Of a stretch of DNA of 58,649 nucleotides, positions 1 to 9,400 are shown piece after piece; position 1 is the stretch's first letter; each line of letters begins with the position of its first letter. The stretch lies in assembly GCA_046733215.1 (NCBI GenBank), contig JBKPOS010000056.1:1-58649 (forward strand). Direction: 5' to 3'. The notes under the pieces are model-generated. The model searched no databases. It saw nothing but the letters and a program-made list of their open reading frames with translations, and was not told the DNA's origin. Made by a program: the position numbers and the translations under genes. This DNA comes from Gemmatimonadota bacterium (GTDB lineage Bacteria > Gemmatimonadota > Gemmatimonadetes > Gemmatimonadales > GWC2-71-9).

Positions 1-297
1 CTTCCGAACCTCCGCTAGTGACGCTGCATCGATGATGCCCGATTGTCCGAGCAACTGCAGCAGCTCCCCGGTCTCGACCGCCGAGCCATAGGCGACACTC
101 AGATGTCTGGTAAAGGTCGGCGAATCGCCAAAAGTGTAGCCTTCGGAGATGTTCAGCTGAACCGATAGGGACGCCCGCTGGAGCTGAGAAAAAAGCGCAG
201 ATAGATAGGGCCTCCACGTAGTCTTCCCGAGCTCGATGACGGCCAACGTGACAGCCTGTGCTTCATGCCAGGCCTTGAGCGAGGTATGGTCCCCCAT
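1..297 (-). CDS. Four-helix-bundle protein (23S rRNA IVP/bAvd-like, TIGR02436-type); 3' end runs off the window
   Basis: Not in the ORF track. Manual translation from ATG at 297: MGDHTSLKAWHEAQAVTLAVIELG...SQLQRASLSVQLNISEGY...FTRHLSVAYGSAVETGELL. Matches the family pattern LxxW..A / QLxRA..S+..NIxEG / A.GS..E. Confidence 0.85.
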   Translation of the reverse strand, partial: MGDHTSLKAWHEAQAVTLAVIELGKTTWRPYLSALFSQLQRASLSVQLNISEGYTFGDSPTFTRHLSVAYGSAVETGELLQLLGQSGIIDAASLAEVRK

Positions 298-346
298 TCT
301 TGAGTGATGATGATGAATCACATGGCATTCGAATTGATGAATCGCA

Positions 347-362
347 CGCAAGGGGAGTCCCA
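347..362 (-). promoter_or_regulatory. Possible sigma54 (-24/-12) promoter for the four-helix-bundle gene
   Basis: Minus strand reads TGGGAC-TCCCC-TTGCG, with GG-N10-GC spacing and near the TGGCAC-N5-TTGC consensus, about 50 nt upstream of ATG 297. Confidence 0.3.
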
Positions 363-377
363 ATTTTGCGTCTCTTC

Positions 378-412
378 CTGTTCACTGTTCACTGTTCACC
401 GTTCACGCAGTT
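378..412. repeat. Heptamer tandem array (CTGTTCA)3-CCGTTCA followed by CGCAGTT
   Basis: Read directly. Bases 394-412 are the exact reverse complement of 15169-15187. Confidence 0.9.
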
Positions 413-422
413 TCGAAGAGTC

Positions 423-1382
423 GTGACTCCATCCCCGATAACCTCCACCCCTCCCGGCGCCCTCGACCTCACGGGACAAGCCGTGGTGCGGCGGCGGGCG
501 CTGCAGCGCGCGACGACCGCGGTACTGGAGGAGGCCGGCTACGAAGAGCTGAGCCCGCCGACGTTCGAATACGAAGAAGTCTTCCGCCGAGCGGGCGGTG
601 CGGAGTTGGCCGAGAAGTTGATCCGGTTCGTGGATCTGGATGGCCGCATTCTGGCGCTGCGATACGATTTCACCTCGAGCATCGCCCGAATGGCGGCGAC
701 CACATTCGCCGACGCCCCGCGCCCGCTTCGCTTCTACTACTCCGGCCCGGTTTACCGCCAGGAGCCCGATCGCGGGGGACGGGCCCGCGAAACGCTGCAG
801 GTTGGCGCCGAGTTGCTGGGAGAGCCGGACCTGGCCGCAGACGTGGAGATTGTCAGGCTGACCCTCGCTCTCGCGAGAGCCGCCGGCGTCCGGGACTTCC
901 AGCTCAACCTTGGCCATGCAGGGGTACTCGCGGACGGCTTATCGGCGCTCGACGAGACGCTCCGAGCCGATGTCCGTCGCTGGATCGATCGCAAGGATCG
1001 CGGCAGTCTGGCCCGCGCGCTCGATGGCGACCGCACCAGTGCGCGCGCATTGCTGGATCTCCCCTTCGTGATCGGAAGGCGGGAGGCCCTCGACACCGCG
1101 CTCCGAAACGCTCCAGAGGGCGCCAGGCCCGCGCTTGCTCATCTCGCGGCGCTCGATTCGGCGCTCGGACCGGAAGAGCGATCCCACCTCGTCTACGATC
1201 TGGGAGAAGTTCGCGGCCTCGACTACTACACCGGAATCCACTTCGAACTGTTCGTGGCCGGTGCCGGACGCGCGGCCGGCGCAGGCGGACGCTATGACGA
1301 ACTGATGGGGCGGTTCGGCCGAGCCATGCCCGCCGTGGGAGTGTCGCTCGATCTCGATGCGATCGCGGAGTTGCCGGCGTGA
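423..1382 (+). CDS. hisZ: ATP phosphoribosyltransferase regulatory subunit
   Basis: HisRS-like motifs (LALRYDFT, YYSGPVYR, QVGAEL, GLDYYTG, GGRYD); overlaps a short hisG. Start moved to GTG 423 because the ORF-track extension runs through the repeat. Confidence 0.9.
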   Translation: MTPSPITSTPPGALDLTGQAVVRRRALQRATTAVLEEAGYEELSPPTFEYEEVFRRAGGAELAEKLIRFVDLDGRILALRYDFTSSIARMAATTFADAPRPLRFYYSGPVYRQEPDRGGRARETLQVGAELLGEPDLAADVEIVRLTLALARAAGVRDFQLNLGHAGVLADGLSALDETLRADVRRWIDRKDRGSLARALDGDRTSARALLDLPFVIGRREALDTALRNAPEGARPALAHLAALDSALGPEERSHLVYDLGEVRGLDYYTGIHFELFVAGAGRAAGAGGRYDELMGRFGRAMPAVGVSLDLDAIAELPA

Positions 1383-2002
1383 CCCGCTTGCGCATCGCGC
1401 TGGCCAAGGGACGGCTCTACGAGCCTTCCCTCGATCGACTGCGCTTGGCCGGTGCCGAACTGCGGGGAGATCCAGGTCGTCGCCTGCTCCTGCCGTCGAG
1501 CGACCCGGGCATCGAGTTCCTGGTGGTGAAGCCTGCCGACGTGCCGGTCTACGTAGAGTCGGGAGCCGCGGATCTGGGCGTCACCGGTACAGACGTGCTG
1601 CGGGAAACCGGCGCCGACGTCCTCGAGCCGCTCGAGCTGGGCTACGGATTCTGTCGGCTGGTGGTCGCTACGCCGGCCGACGCGCCGTATCCCGTCCTAC
1701 CGGGTGGCGTCACCGCACGTGTGGCGACCAAATATCCGCGTCTCGCACGGGAGCATTTCAATGCGCTCGGTCGTCCGGTGGATATCGTACGGGTGGACGG
1801 ATCGGTCGAGGTCGCTCCCCTGCTCAATCTCTCCCACTGGATCGTGGACCTGGTCGACACGGGACACACACTCCGTGCAAACGGACTGGTCGAGCAGGAG
1901 ACGATTCTGCGGGTGCAGGCGGTGCTGGTAGCGAATCGGGCGAGTCAGAAACTGAAGCTGGAGGCCTATCTGGACTTGATGGCGAGGCTTCAAAAAGCGT
2001 GA
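1379..2002 (+). CDS. hisG: ATP phosphoribosyltransferase, short form
   Basis: IALAKGRL, DVPVYVESGAADLGVTG, VATKYP, GSVEVAP, IVDLVDTGxTL; 207 aa short form paired with hisZ. Confidence 0.95.
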   Translation: MTRLRIALAKGRLYEPSLDRLRLAGAELRGDPGRRLLLPSSDPGIEFLVVKPADVPVYVESGAADLGVTGTDVLRETGADVLEPLELGYGFCRLVVATPADAPYPVLPGGVTARVATKYPRLAREHFNALGRPVDIVRVDGSVEVAPLLNLSHWIVDLVDTGHTLRANGLVEQETILRVQAVLVANRASQKLKLEAYLDLMARLQKA

Positions 2003-2071
2003 ACGGTAAACGGGACGCTCCGGTGTGAGCGGAGTTCCCGTTCACCGTTCACTGTTCACTGTTCACGCTTT
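1993..2071. repeat. Heptamer-built inverted-repeat hairpin at the convergent hisG/pdxA junction; possible bidirectional terminator or REP-like element
   Basis: GTGAACGGTAAACGGGACGCTCCG ... CGGAGTTCCCGTTCACCGTTCAC(TGTTCAC)2GCTTT; contains both stop codons. Confidence 0.85.
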
Positions 2072-3005
2072 CCCCTCGTCGTCTCTTAGCTAATTCCACC
2101 GCAAGCTCTATCGCCGTCCGCATACTCGACGGATCGGCCTGTCCCGTGCCGGCGATGTCGAACGCGGTGCCGTGATCAGGTGAGGTCCGTATGAATGGAA
2201 GGCCGAGTGTGACGTTCACACCACGGCCGAATGCCGCAACCTTGATGGCCGTCATTCCCACATCATGATACGGCGCGAGGACGGCATCGAATTCGCCCTT
2301 CATCGCCCGCACGAACACGGTGTCTGCCGGCAGCGGGCCCGACGCGCCCAGAACCTCTGCGGCCGGCTTCAGAACCCGCTCGTCTTCGTCGCCAAAAAGG
2401 CCTGATTCGCCGGCGTGTGGATTGAGCGCGCAGAGCGCGAGTCGCGGCTCGGCGATTCCGAACAGCTCGCGGAGCGCGCGTTGGGTGATCCGTCCGGTCC
2501 GCGCGACCCGATCAGAGGTGAGCAGCGCCGGCACATCGCGCAAGGGAACGTGCGTGGTAACCAGAACGACACGAAGCCGATCGGCCGCGAGCATCATGGC
2601 CGTATCCACGTCTCCCGCGAGGTGCGCCAACCACTCCGTGTGCCCTGGGTAGGGGAATCCAGCGAGGTGCAGGGCGTGCTTGTGCGCAGGACCGGTGATG
2701 ATCGCGTCGACCTCACCATCGAGCGCCATTCGAACGGCGCGCTCCACAGCGTGACCCGTGAGCTGGCCGGCCCGTACAGACCGGCTTCGATCGGACGCAG
2801 CCGAAGCGCCGTCGCCCGCCCGTTCCCCGCTTCCGGCGCCCCATGAGCCGACCGATACACGACGGCCGGCCGCGACCCATGCGATTTGATCCTCAGCGCC
2901 TATGACAGTGATCTCTGCCGGCACCGGCTCAGTCAGCGCCCGTGCCACGATCTCGGGGCCGATCCCGCGGGGGTCACCAAGGGTGATTGCGATGCGAGGA
3001 GACAA
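2049..3005 (-). CDS. pdxA: 4-hydroxythreonine-4-phosphate dehydrogenase
   Basis: ITLGDPRGIGPEI, PGHTEWL, TTHVPL, LNPHAGE, YHDVG, RTSPDHGTAFDIAG. Confidence 0.95.
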   Translation of the reverse strand: MSPRIAITLGDPRGIGPEIVARALTEPVPAEITVIGAEDQIAWVAAGRRVSVGSWGAGSGERAGDGASAASDRSRSVRAGQLTGHAVERAVRMALDGEVDAIITGPAHKHALHLAGFPYPGHTEWLAHLAGDVDTAMMLAADRLRVVLVTTHVPLRDVPALLTSDRVARTGRITQRALRELFGIAEPRLALCALNPHAGESGLFGDEDERVLKPAAEVLGASGPLPADTVFVRAMKGEFDAVLAPYHDVGMTAIKVAAFGRGVNVTLGLPFIRTSPDHGTAFDIAGTGQADPSSMRTAIELAVELAKRRRGESVNSEQ

Positions 3006-3007
3006 GA

Positions 3008-3116
3008 AGACCGGGAAAGGGAGAAGGGGAGAAGGGGAGAAGGAGAAATGGGAAGGGGAAGAGGGAAGCGGGAAGGGGGCACCCTTTCTGCCTTTCCCAG
3101 TTCTCCCGTTCCCCGG
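3008..3116. repeat. Polypurine arm (GGGAGAAG-like units) followed by a pyrimidine-rich arm, intergenic
   Basis: GGGAAAGGGAGAAGGGGAGAAGGGGAGAAGGAGAAATGGGAAGGGG...CCCTTTCTGCCTTTCCCAGTTCTCCCGTTCCCC. Confidence 0.8.
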
Positions 3117-3120
3117 CCGT

Positions 3121-4896
3121 TCAGCTCCTCACGTCTATGTACGCCTTCTTGCGCAGGGTATCGAGGTAGCGCCGCACTGCCAGCTGCTCCCCGAGCTGCT
3201 GTCTGATTTTGTCGCGTACGTCCTCGTAGCGCACATCGCCTTCGGGGCGGCGGCTGGTGATTCGCAGAATGGTGTACTTCACTCGGTTTCCGCTGCCCGA
3301 AAGCGGGAATGGTCCCACCGTGGACCCTTCGCTTGCAGTATCGGTCGCCTGTGCGTACGCCGGAGGAAGCTTGTTGAGCGGCACGTCGCGCGCTTCACGC
3401 TCTTCCGATTTGTCGTGATAGATCCGCTGCAGCGAGTCGAAACTCGAGCCTGCGCGGGCCATCCGCAGGAGGTTTTCGGCCAGGCGATGCGCGCTATCGC
3501 CCTCCTGCTCGGTAATCTCGGGCATGATCAGAATGTGCCGAGCCTGGATCTCGCCCGGCTGAGCCCGTTCCACCTGAATAACGTGGAAGCCGAACGATGT
3601 CTCGACCGGATCCGAGATGACTCCCGGCTTGAGGGCGAACGCCACGCGCTCGAACTCGGGCACCATCGACCCGCGGCGGAACCAGTTGAGCGAGCCGCCC
3701 AGCTCCCGGGAGCCCGAGTCCATGGAGAACCGCTTGGCCGCGACTGCGAAATCCCCGCCGCGTCGCAAGCCTTGGGCGATGGAATCCGCCAGCCCATAAG
3801 CTCGCTGGCGGGCCTCGGCTGACGGTTGCGGAGCGATCACGATCTGATGGAACGCGATCGTCGCAGGCCGCTTCTCGAGGTTTCCCTTCTGCTGGTCGAA
3901 GTACTCCCGCATTTCCCGCTCGGTCGGAATCACAGGTTTGAGCTTGCCCGAGCCTCGGCGCTCCTCGACCAGTCGATTCTGCAGCGCCGCTCGCCGCTGC
4001 TGATCGGTGAGCCAGCGACGATACTCCTCGGGCGTCTGGAATCCGGCTTTCCGCAGCTCAGTGGCGTACTCGAACTCGGAGCTGAAGTTGCTCCGGATCT
4101 TCTTGATCTGCTCCTCGACCCCGTCGGCGATCTCCTGATCGGTCACCTTGATCATGGTGTCACGCTCCGCCTCCTGGACCAGGAGCTCGTCGTCGATGAT
4201 ACCCTGAACCACCTGTTTCCGAAGCGCCTCGATCCCCTCCGGGGAAGTGGGCAGCTTGAGTCCCTGTGACTGCCGCGAGAAAATCTCTTCGTCCACCTGT
4301 GACGCGAGGATGGGCCGATTCCCGACGACCGCAACAACCTTGTCAACGACGAACGTAGTATCCCGAAGCGGGGCTCTGGGCCCGGTCAGTGCCGACTGAG
4401 CGGATTGCCTGGCGGTCGAACCGGCGGCGGTGCTATCGAAGAGGCCGCCGCCAGGAGCGCCGACGTCCTCGATCTGAGCAGGTATGAGGGGTGTCTCGCC
4501 CGCGGGAGGAGGAGCACCTGGCTGGGCGTTTGAACTGGGAGCGCCGCCCTGCGACGGAGCCGCATTTGTCGGCGGCGTCGCATTTGGTGGTGCTGCGGCG
4601 TTCGCAGGAGCTGGCCCATTCGCCGGCGCTGCGCCATTCGCCGGTACTGCCGGATTTGCCGGAGGCGCGGTTGGTGAGGGAGCCGGGCTTACTGGCGGAG
4701 CCGCGCTCTGCGACGGCGGCTGCGCAGGAGGCGGGGGACCGGTGTCGATCGGCGCCGGCGTCGTTGCCGGCGGCGTGACCGCGGGTGGTGCGGCTGCCGG
4801 CGGAGCGGCACTGCTGTCCTTGGGGTTCTGCGCGAGCAGGCCCCCGCTCGAGAAAGCGACCAGCATTGGAACCAGCACTGCGACACGCAACATCAT
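3121..4896 (-). CDS. surA: SurA-like periplasmic chaperone/peptidylprolyl isomerase with a Pro/Ala-rich N-terminal linker
   Basis: Signal peptide MMLRVAVLVPMLVAF; VDKVVAVVG SurA-N motif; parvulin motif GGSLNWF...MVPEFE.VAF...PVETSFGFHVI; lies upstream of pdxA as in surA-pdxA operons. Confidence 0.8.
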   Translation of the reverse strand: MMLRVAVLVPMLVAFSSGGLLAQNPKDSSAAPPAAAPPAVTPPATTPAPIDTGPPPPAQPPSQSAAPPVSPAPSPTAPPANPAVPANGAAPANGPAPANAAAPPNATPPTNAAPSQGGAPSSNAQPGAPPPAGETPLIPAQIEDVGAPGGGLFDSTAAGSTARQSAQSALTGPRAPLRDTTFVVDKVVAVVGNRPILASQVDEEIFSRQSQGLKLPTSPEGIEALRKQVVQGIIDDELLVQEAERDTMIKVTDQEIADGVEEQIKKIRSNFSSEFEYATELRKAGFQTPEEYRRWLTDQQRRAALQNRLVEERRGSGKLKPVIPTEREMREYFDQQKGNLEKRPATIAFHQIVIAPQPSAEARQRAYGLADSIAQGLRRGGDFAVAAKRFSMDSGSRELGGSLNWFRRGSMVPEFERVAFALKPGVISDPVETSFGFHVIQVERAQPGEIQARHILIMPEITEQEGDSAHRLAENLLRMARAGSSFDSLQRIYHDKSEEREARDVPLNKLPPAYAQATDTASEGSTVGPFPLSGSGNRVKYTILRITSRRPEGDVRYEDVRDKIRQQLGEQLAVRRYLDTLRKKAYIDVRS

Positions 4897-4909
4897 TGCC
4901 TTCAAATGC

Positions 4910-6391
4910 CTACTTCGGCTCACCCGTTGCCTTGTTCCCGGCTGAATCGGTACCCGGAGCTTTGCCTGCCGGTGGCGCGCTTGGCGCCTGACCGGGAACC
5001 GGCGGCCCCCCCGGCGCGGGCTTGAGACCGGGCCCGGGGGGCCGAGCCCCACCGGCCGCGCCCGAGTCGCTCTTCTGCTGCTGCGCCAGTGCCAGCTCCA
5101 GCCCGTGAGTCACACCGGGATCGTTGATCCGGTAGCGGCTCTGCTCTCGGAGCAAGGTCCCGAGCGCGCCTGGAATCGGGCGAAGTCGAACCTGCCCGGC
5201 GACGAGCCGGTCGAAGTACTGGTTGAGCGCACGGCCCGGGTCGGCCTTCTTGGCCGAGTCTCCGGCCAGGCCCATATCCATCCGAAGACTATCGAGGGTG
5301 CCGGTGAAACGGCCATAGAGGCCCTGCCACTCGGGGCCCGTGACTTGAACCTTGGCGGAGTCTGCCTGACGCAGGAGCAGAAGGTTGAGCGACAGCACCT
5401 TGGCAAACTGGCTGAGCACCGAGTCGTTGGCCTGCTTGAGCTGAGCGTTGTACTGCGGCGGCAGCGCTCGAACCCAGCGCAAATACTCACCTACTGTCAG
5501 CTCGCCGCTCTTGAATGAGGCGAGGCGCTTACTGGATCCCTTGGATGCCTCCGGATTCTGCAGGGCCGCCTTCATGTCCGTCGGAGCGCTCTTGGCGATC
5601 TCGAGGTTGTTCGTTTTACCCAGGCTTTCCATGTAAGCCGAGTCTGCCTTGCCCGCGTCCTGTTGCCCGAGGAACGCCGCCAGCCGGCCCTGCACCGCTT
5701 CGGCCGACGGGCGCTTGATGATGTGGAAGCCAAAGGGCGACTCCACGATTCCACTGGTCTCCCCGGGGTTGAGCTTCCAACCCGCGCTGTCGAACGACGG
5801 AACGAACCGGCCTTTCGGGCTGGGCGGAAGGAAGCCCTGGTCTGCCTTGCTACCAGGGTCGTCCGAGAGCTGCGACGCCAGCTGACCGAAGTCGGCGCCT
5901 TTCCGAACCTTTGCGAGCGTCGCATCGGCCTTCTTGCGGGCAGCCGCCTTGACGTCCGGTTTCGCATCCTGGGGCGCGCCGATCAGAATGTGCTGGAAGA
6001 CCCTGATTTCGTTCCCGTTGTATACGCTGTCCACTGCGGTCCCGGCTGGCTGGGGACGGCGGGCCACCAGCGAATCATGCCAGTGCTGGGTGCGCAGCTC
6101 CGCGACTTCGGGCCACAGCGCCTTGGCGGCGCTGGCGGAATCCGCCGGCAGTTTGCCATTCGTGCTCGCCTGTGCGAACAGCGCGTAGTCGACCCACAAG
6201 TTGGTGACGAAGTTGGCCGCGTCCTTGGTCAGTCGGAGCCCGCGCGGGCCGGCAAGAATCCGCGCCAGCGTGTCCGATGGAAGCTTGAGCGCTCCAGCCT
6301 CGGCCGCGGAGTCACGACGGGAGGTGAAGGTATCCTTGAAGCTCCCGCAGGCAGCAAGGCCGAGGACCAAGGCTAGAGACAAGCGACGCAT
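4910..6391 (-). CDS. PpiC/parvulin-type peptidylprolyl isomerase lipoprotein
   Basis: Lipobox LAAC; HILI...DFGQLA..LSDDPGS...FVPSF...ESPFGFHIIK. Confidence 0.85.
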   Translation of the reverse strand: MRRLSLALVLGLAACGSFKDTFTSRRDSAAEAGALKLPSDTLARILAGPRGLRLTKDAANFVTNLWVDYALFAQASTNGKLPADSASAAKALWPEVAELRTQHWHDSLVARRPQPAGTAVDSVYNGNEIRVFQHILIGAPQDAKPDVKAAARKKADATLAKVRKGADFGQLASQLSDDPGSKADQGFLPPSPKGRFVPSFDSAGWKLNPGETSGIVESPFGFHIIKRPSAEAVQGRLAAFLGQQDAGKADSAYMESLGKTNNLEIAKSAPTDMKAALQNPEASKGSSKRLASFKSGELTVGEYLRWVRALPPQYNAQLKQANDSVLSQFAKVLSLNLLLLRQADSAKVQVTGPEWQGLYGRFTGTLDSLRMDMGLAGDSAKKADPGRALNQYFDRLVAGQVRLRPIPGALGTLLREQSRYRINDPGVTHGLELALAQQQKSDSGAAGGARPPGPGLKPAPGGPPVPGQAPSAPPAGKAPGTDSAGNKATGEPK

Positions 6392-6407
6392 GAATTCTCC
6401 AGGGATA

Positions 6408-6424
6408 AGCTATCAGCTATCAGC
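6408..6424. repeat. Short heptamer repeat (AGCTATC)2AGC immediately after the mfd stop
   Basis: Read directly; the same unit occurs at 22996-23068. Confidence 0.6.
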
Positions 6425-6425
6425 A

Positions 6426-9400
6426 CTAGGCGACGGCCCTGAGCGCACGCACCAAGGCCGGAGTCATCGGCTCGCCGCCCAGGCGCAGGAGTCGCAGCGA
6501 CAAAGGCACAGTTCGGCGGACTTCGGCCGCCAGCTGGACATCGTCGAGCGCCGCGGTGAGCCCCGCTAAACGGGGCTGCGTACCCGCGCGGAACGTAAGC
6601 CGGGCTTCGTCGCCGCGAACCAGGATGTGCTGCAGGCCAAGCGAACCGCCGGTCACACGAAGTCGCGCCATGTCGAGGAGCGTCTCCGCTTCGGTTGGGA
6701 GGGGCCCGAAGCGCTCGCGCATTTCGTCGCGAAGCCCATCAATGTCGCCAGATGACGCACTCCGCGCCAGTCGTCGGTACAGGTCGAGCTTGACGTCGTC
6801 ATCGGGCACATACCCGTCCGGCAAATGAGCGGCCCGATCGAGCACCACATCCGGAGGCAAGGGCTGCTCGATCCCGCCCTGGCCTCGCAGCGCGCGAACG
6901 GTCTCCTCCAGCCATCGCAAATAGAGATCGAAACCCACCGCGTGCGCGTGGCCCGACTGCTCGGAGCCGAGCAGGTTGCCGGCGCCGCGAAGCTCGAGGT
7001 CCTTGAGCGCGATCCGGTAGCCCGCACCCAGGTCGGTGTGGTGCTCCAGCACCTTGAGCCGATCCTCCGCATCGGCGTCGATGGTATCGGGCACCAGCAG
7101 GTAGCAGTAGGCGCGACGATGGCTCCGCCCCACGCGACCGCGGAGCTGGTAGAGCTGGGCCAGCCCGAAGCGGTGGGCGTCATGCACCACCATCGTGTTC
7201 GCGTTGGCCACATCGAGACCCGACTCCACGATCATGGTGGAGACGAGGATGTCCACCTCGCCGGCGACGAATCGGCGCATCACGTCTTCCAGCTCATCCG
7301 CAGGCATCTGCCCGTGAGCCACGCCGATGCGGGCACGCGGGCTGAGCGCGCGAACCCTGGCTGCGATCGTCTCGATGGTCTCGATCCGATTATGCACGGC
7401 GAATACCTGGCCGCCACGATCCAGCTCCCGTGCAAAGGCTTCTTCCAGCAGCCCGTCGTCCCACGGCTCGACGAAGGTGAGGATCGGCGAGCGGTCTCGT
7501 GGTGGAGTCTCGATGAGCGTGAGATCGCGCAGACCGGAGAGCGAGAGATGAAGCGTCCGCGGAATCGGTGTGGCGGTTAGCGTGAGCACGTCCACCGAGA
7601 GGCGGATCGCCTTTAGGCGCTCTTTGTGCTTGACTCCAAAGCGGTGCTCTTCATCCACGATCAGAAGTCCGAGATCCTTGAGCACGACATCCTTGGAGAG
7701 CAGGCGATGGGTTCCGATCACGATATCGATCTCACCAGAGGCGAGCCGCTCCAGCACCTGGCTTTGTTCTTTCGCGGTGCGGAATCGTGAAAGCACCTCG
7801 ATCTTGATCGGGTAATCCGCCAACCGCTCCAGAAACGTGCGGCCGTGCTGCTCGGCTAGAATCGTGGTGGGGACGAGAACGGCGACCTGCTTCCCGGCCT
7901 GGACTGCCTTGAAGGCGGCCCGGACCGCCACCTCCGTTTTGCCATAACCCACATCACCCACCAACAGCCGATCCATCGGCTTCGGCAGCTCCATGTCGCG
8001 CTTGATGTCTTCCGTGGCGGTACGCTGATCCGGCGTGTCCTCGTAAAGGAAGCTCGATTCGAGCTCTCGCTGCCAACGCGTGTCGGGCGGGAAGGCGAAC
8101 CCACCCGTGACCTGGCGTCGGGCGTACAAATCCAGCAGCTCGGCCGCCATCTGCTTGATGGCCTGGCGGGTCCGCTCCCGTACTCGTTGCCAACTGGAGC
8201 CACCCAGGCGATGCAGTCGCGGCGGAGGACGGTCGCCGTCTTCCCCCGCAGCGCGATAACGCTCGAGCTGATCCAGGCGGTAGAGCGGGACGTTGAGTCG
8301 GTCTCCTCCTTCGTACTCCAGCACGGCAACCTCGAGAACCGATTCGCCCACGGTAACCGTTGCGATGCCACGATAAATGCCGATGCCGTGATCGAGATGG
8401 ACGACGTAGTCGCCGACCGTGAGAGTGCCGGTGGCGGCCGAGGGGGCGGCTTGACGGTAGCGCCGAGTCCGCCGAAGCCGGCGAGCGCGCCGGAAGATCT
8501 CGTGGTCGGTGAGGACCCGAAGCGAAGGCATGACGAACCCACCCTCGAGCGCGCCGATCGCGAGCATAGCCGACGACGGACGACCACGATCCTCCAGCAG
8601 CTCTTCCAATCGCTCCATCTGACCTTCGTTGTCGCACAGGATGAGCGTGGGAGGAGAGCCGTGAAGCAGCGAGCGCAGACGGTTGAGGTCCCGGTCGATC
8701 CGTTCGGGCGGGAAGAAGCCAACCTGGAGGTCCACCGGCTCGTCGCGGAGGAAGAGGCGTGGAAAGGCTTCGATCCGCTCGCGCCAGCAGCGCGGCTCCT
8801 CGAAGATCGCGTCACGACTGGGCACTTCCTCTCCCAGCTTGCGCGCAACTTCCAGATGATGCTCCGCCTCGCGCCACGCGCGGCTCACCTCGTCGGCATC
8901 GGGCCCGATCGCTTCCGCGACCAGGATGGTTTCGGCTGGGAGCAGCTCGAGCAGGGTGCGGCGGGCGACGGGTGCGTTAGGAGTGAATCCGAGCGGGCGC
9001 GAATGGGTGGCGAGGGGTTCCGCAGCAGGCGGAGTGGCGAGGCCCTGGGTGGGCTGGGGTTGGCGCACGCCCGCCGTCGTGATCGGCAGTACCGTCACCT
9101 CCTCGAGCTCTTCCAGCGACCGCTGGCTGGTCAGGTCGAACCCGCGCAGCGAGGAGATGTCATCCCCCCACCACTCGCAGCGCGCAGGCGTCGCCATGCC
9201 GAAGCCATACACGTCGACGATGCCGCCTCGTACGCTGAACTCGGCAACTTCCGTCACCGTGGGTACGCGGCGATACCCCATTCGCTCGAGCGCCGCCACC
9301 ACCCCGCTGAGCGGCTGGCGCGCCCCGACCTTGAGTGAAAGCGTGAGCCGTTCGAGTGCAGCAGGCACCAGGGTCCGTTCTGCGGTCGCACGAGCCGTCG

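Noticed and set aside
1-297. Diversity-generating retroelement or 23S intervening sequence
   Set aside because: No reverse transcriptase, TR/VR pair or rRNA sequence in the window; the region to the left cannot be seen
378-412. Heptamer arrays as a CRISPR array
   Set aside because: Units are 7 nt and contiguous with no spacers, and there are no cas genes
300-422. N-terminal extension of hisZ in the ORF track
   Set aside because: It translates the heptamer array (LFTVHCSPFT) and the divergent gene's leader, and shows no HisZ character
7856-9338. Long alternative-frame and antisense ORFs over mfd, and similar ones throughout the window
   Set aside because: Expected in high-GC DNA; no motifs, and they overlap well-supported genes
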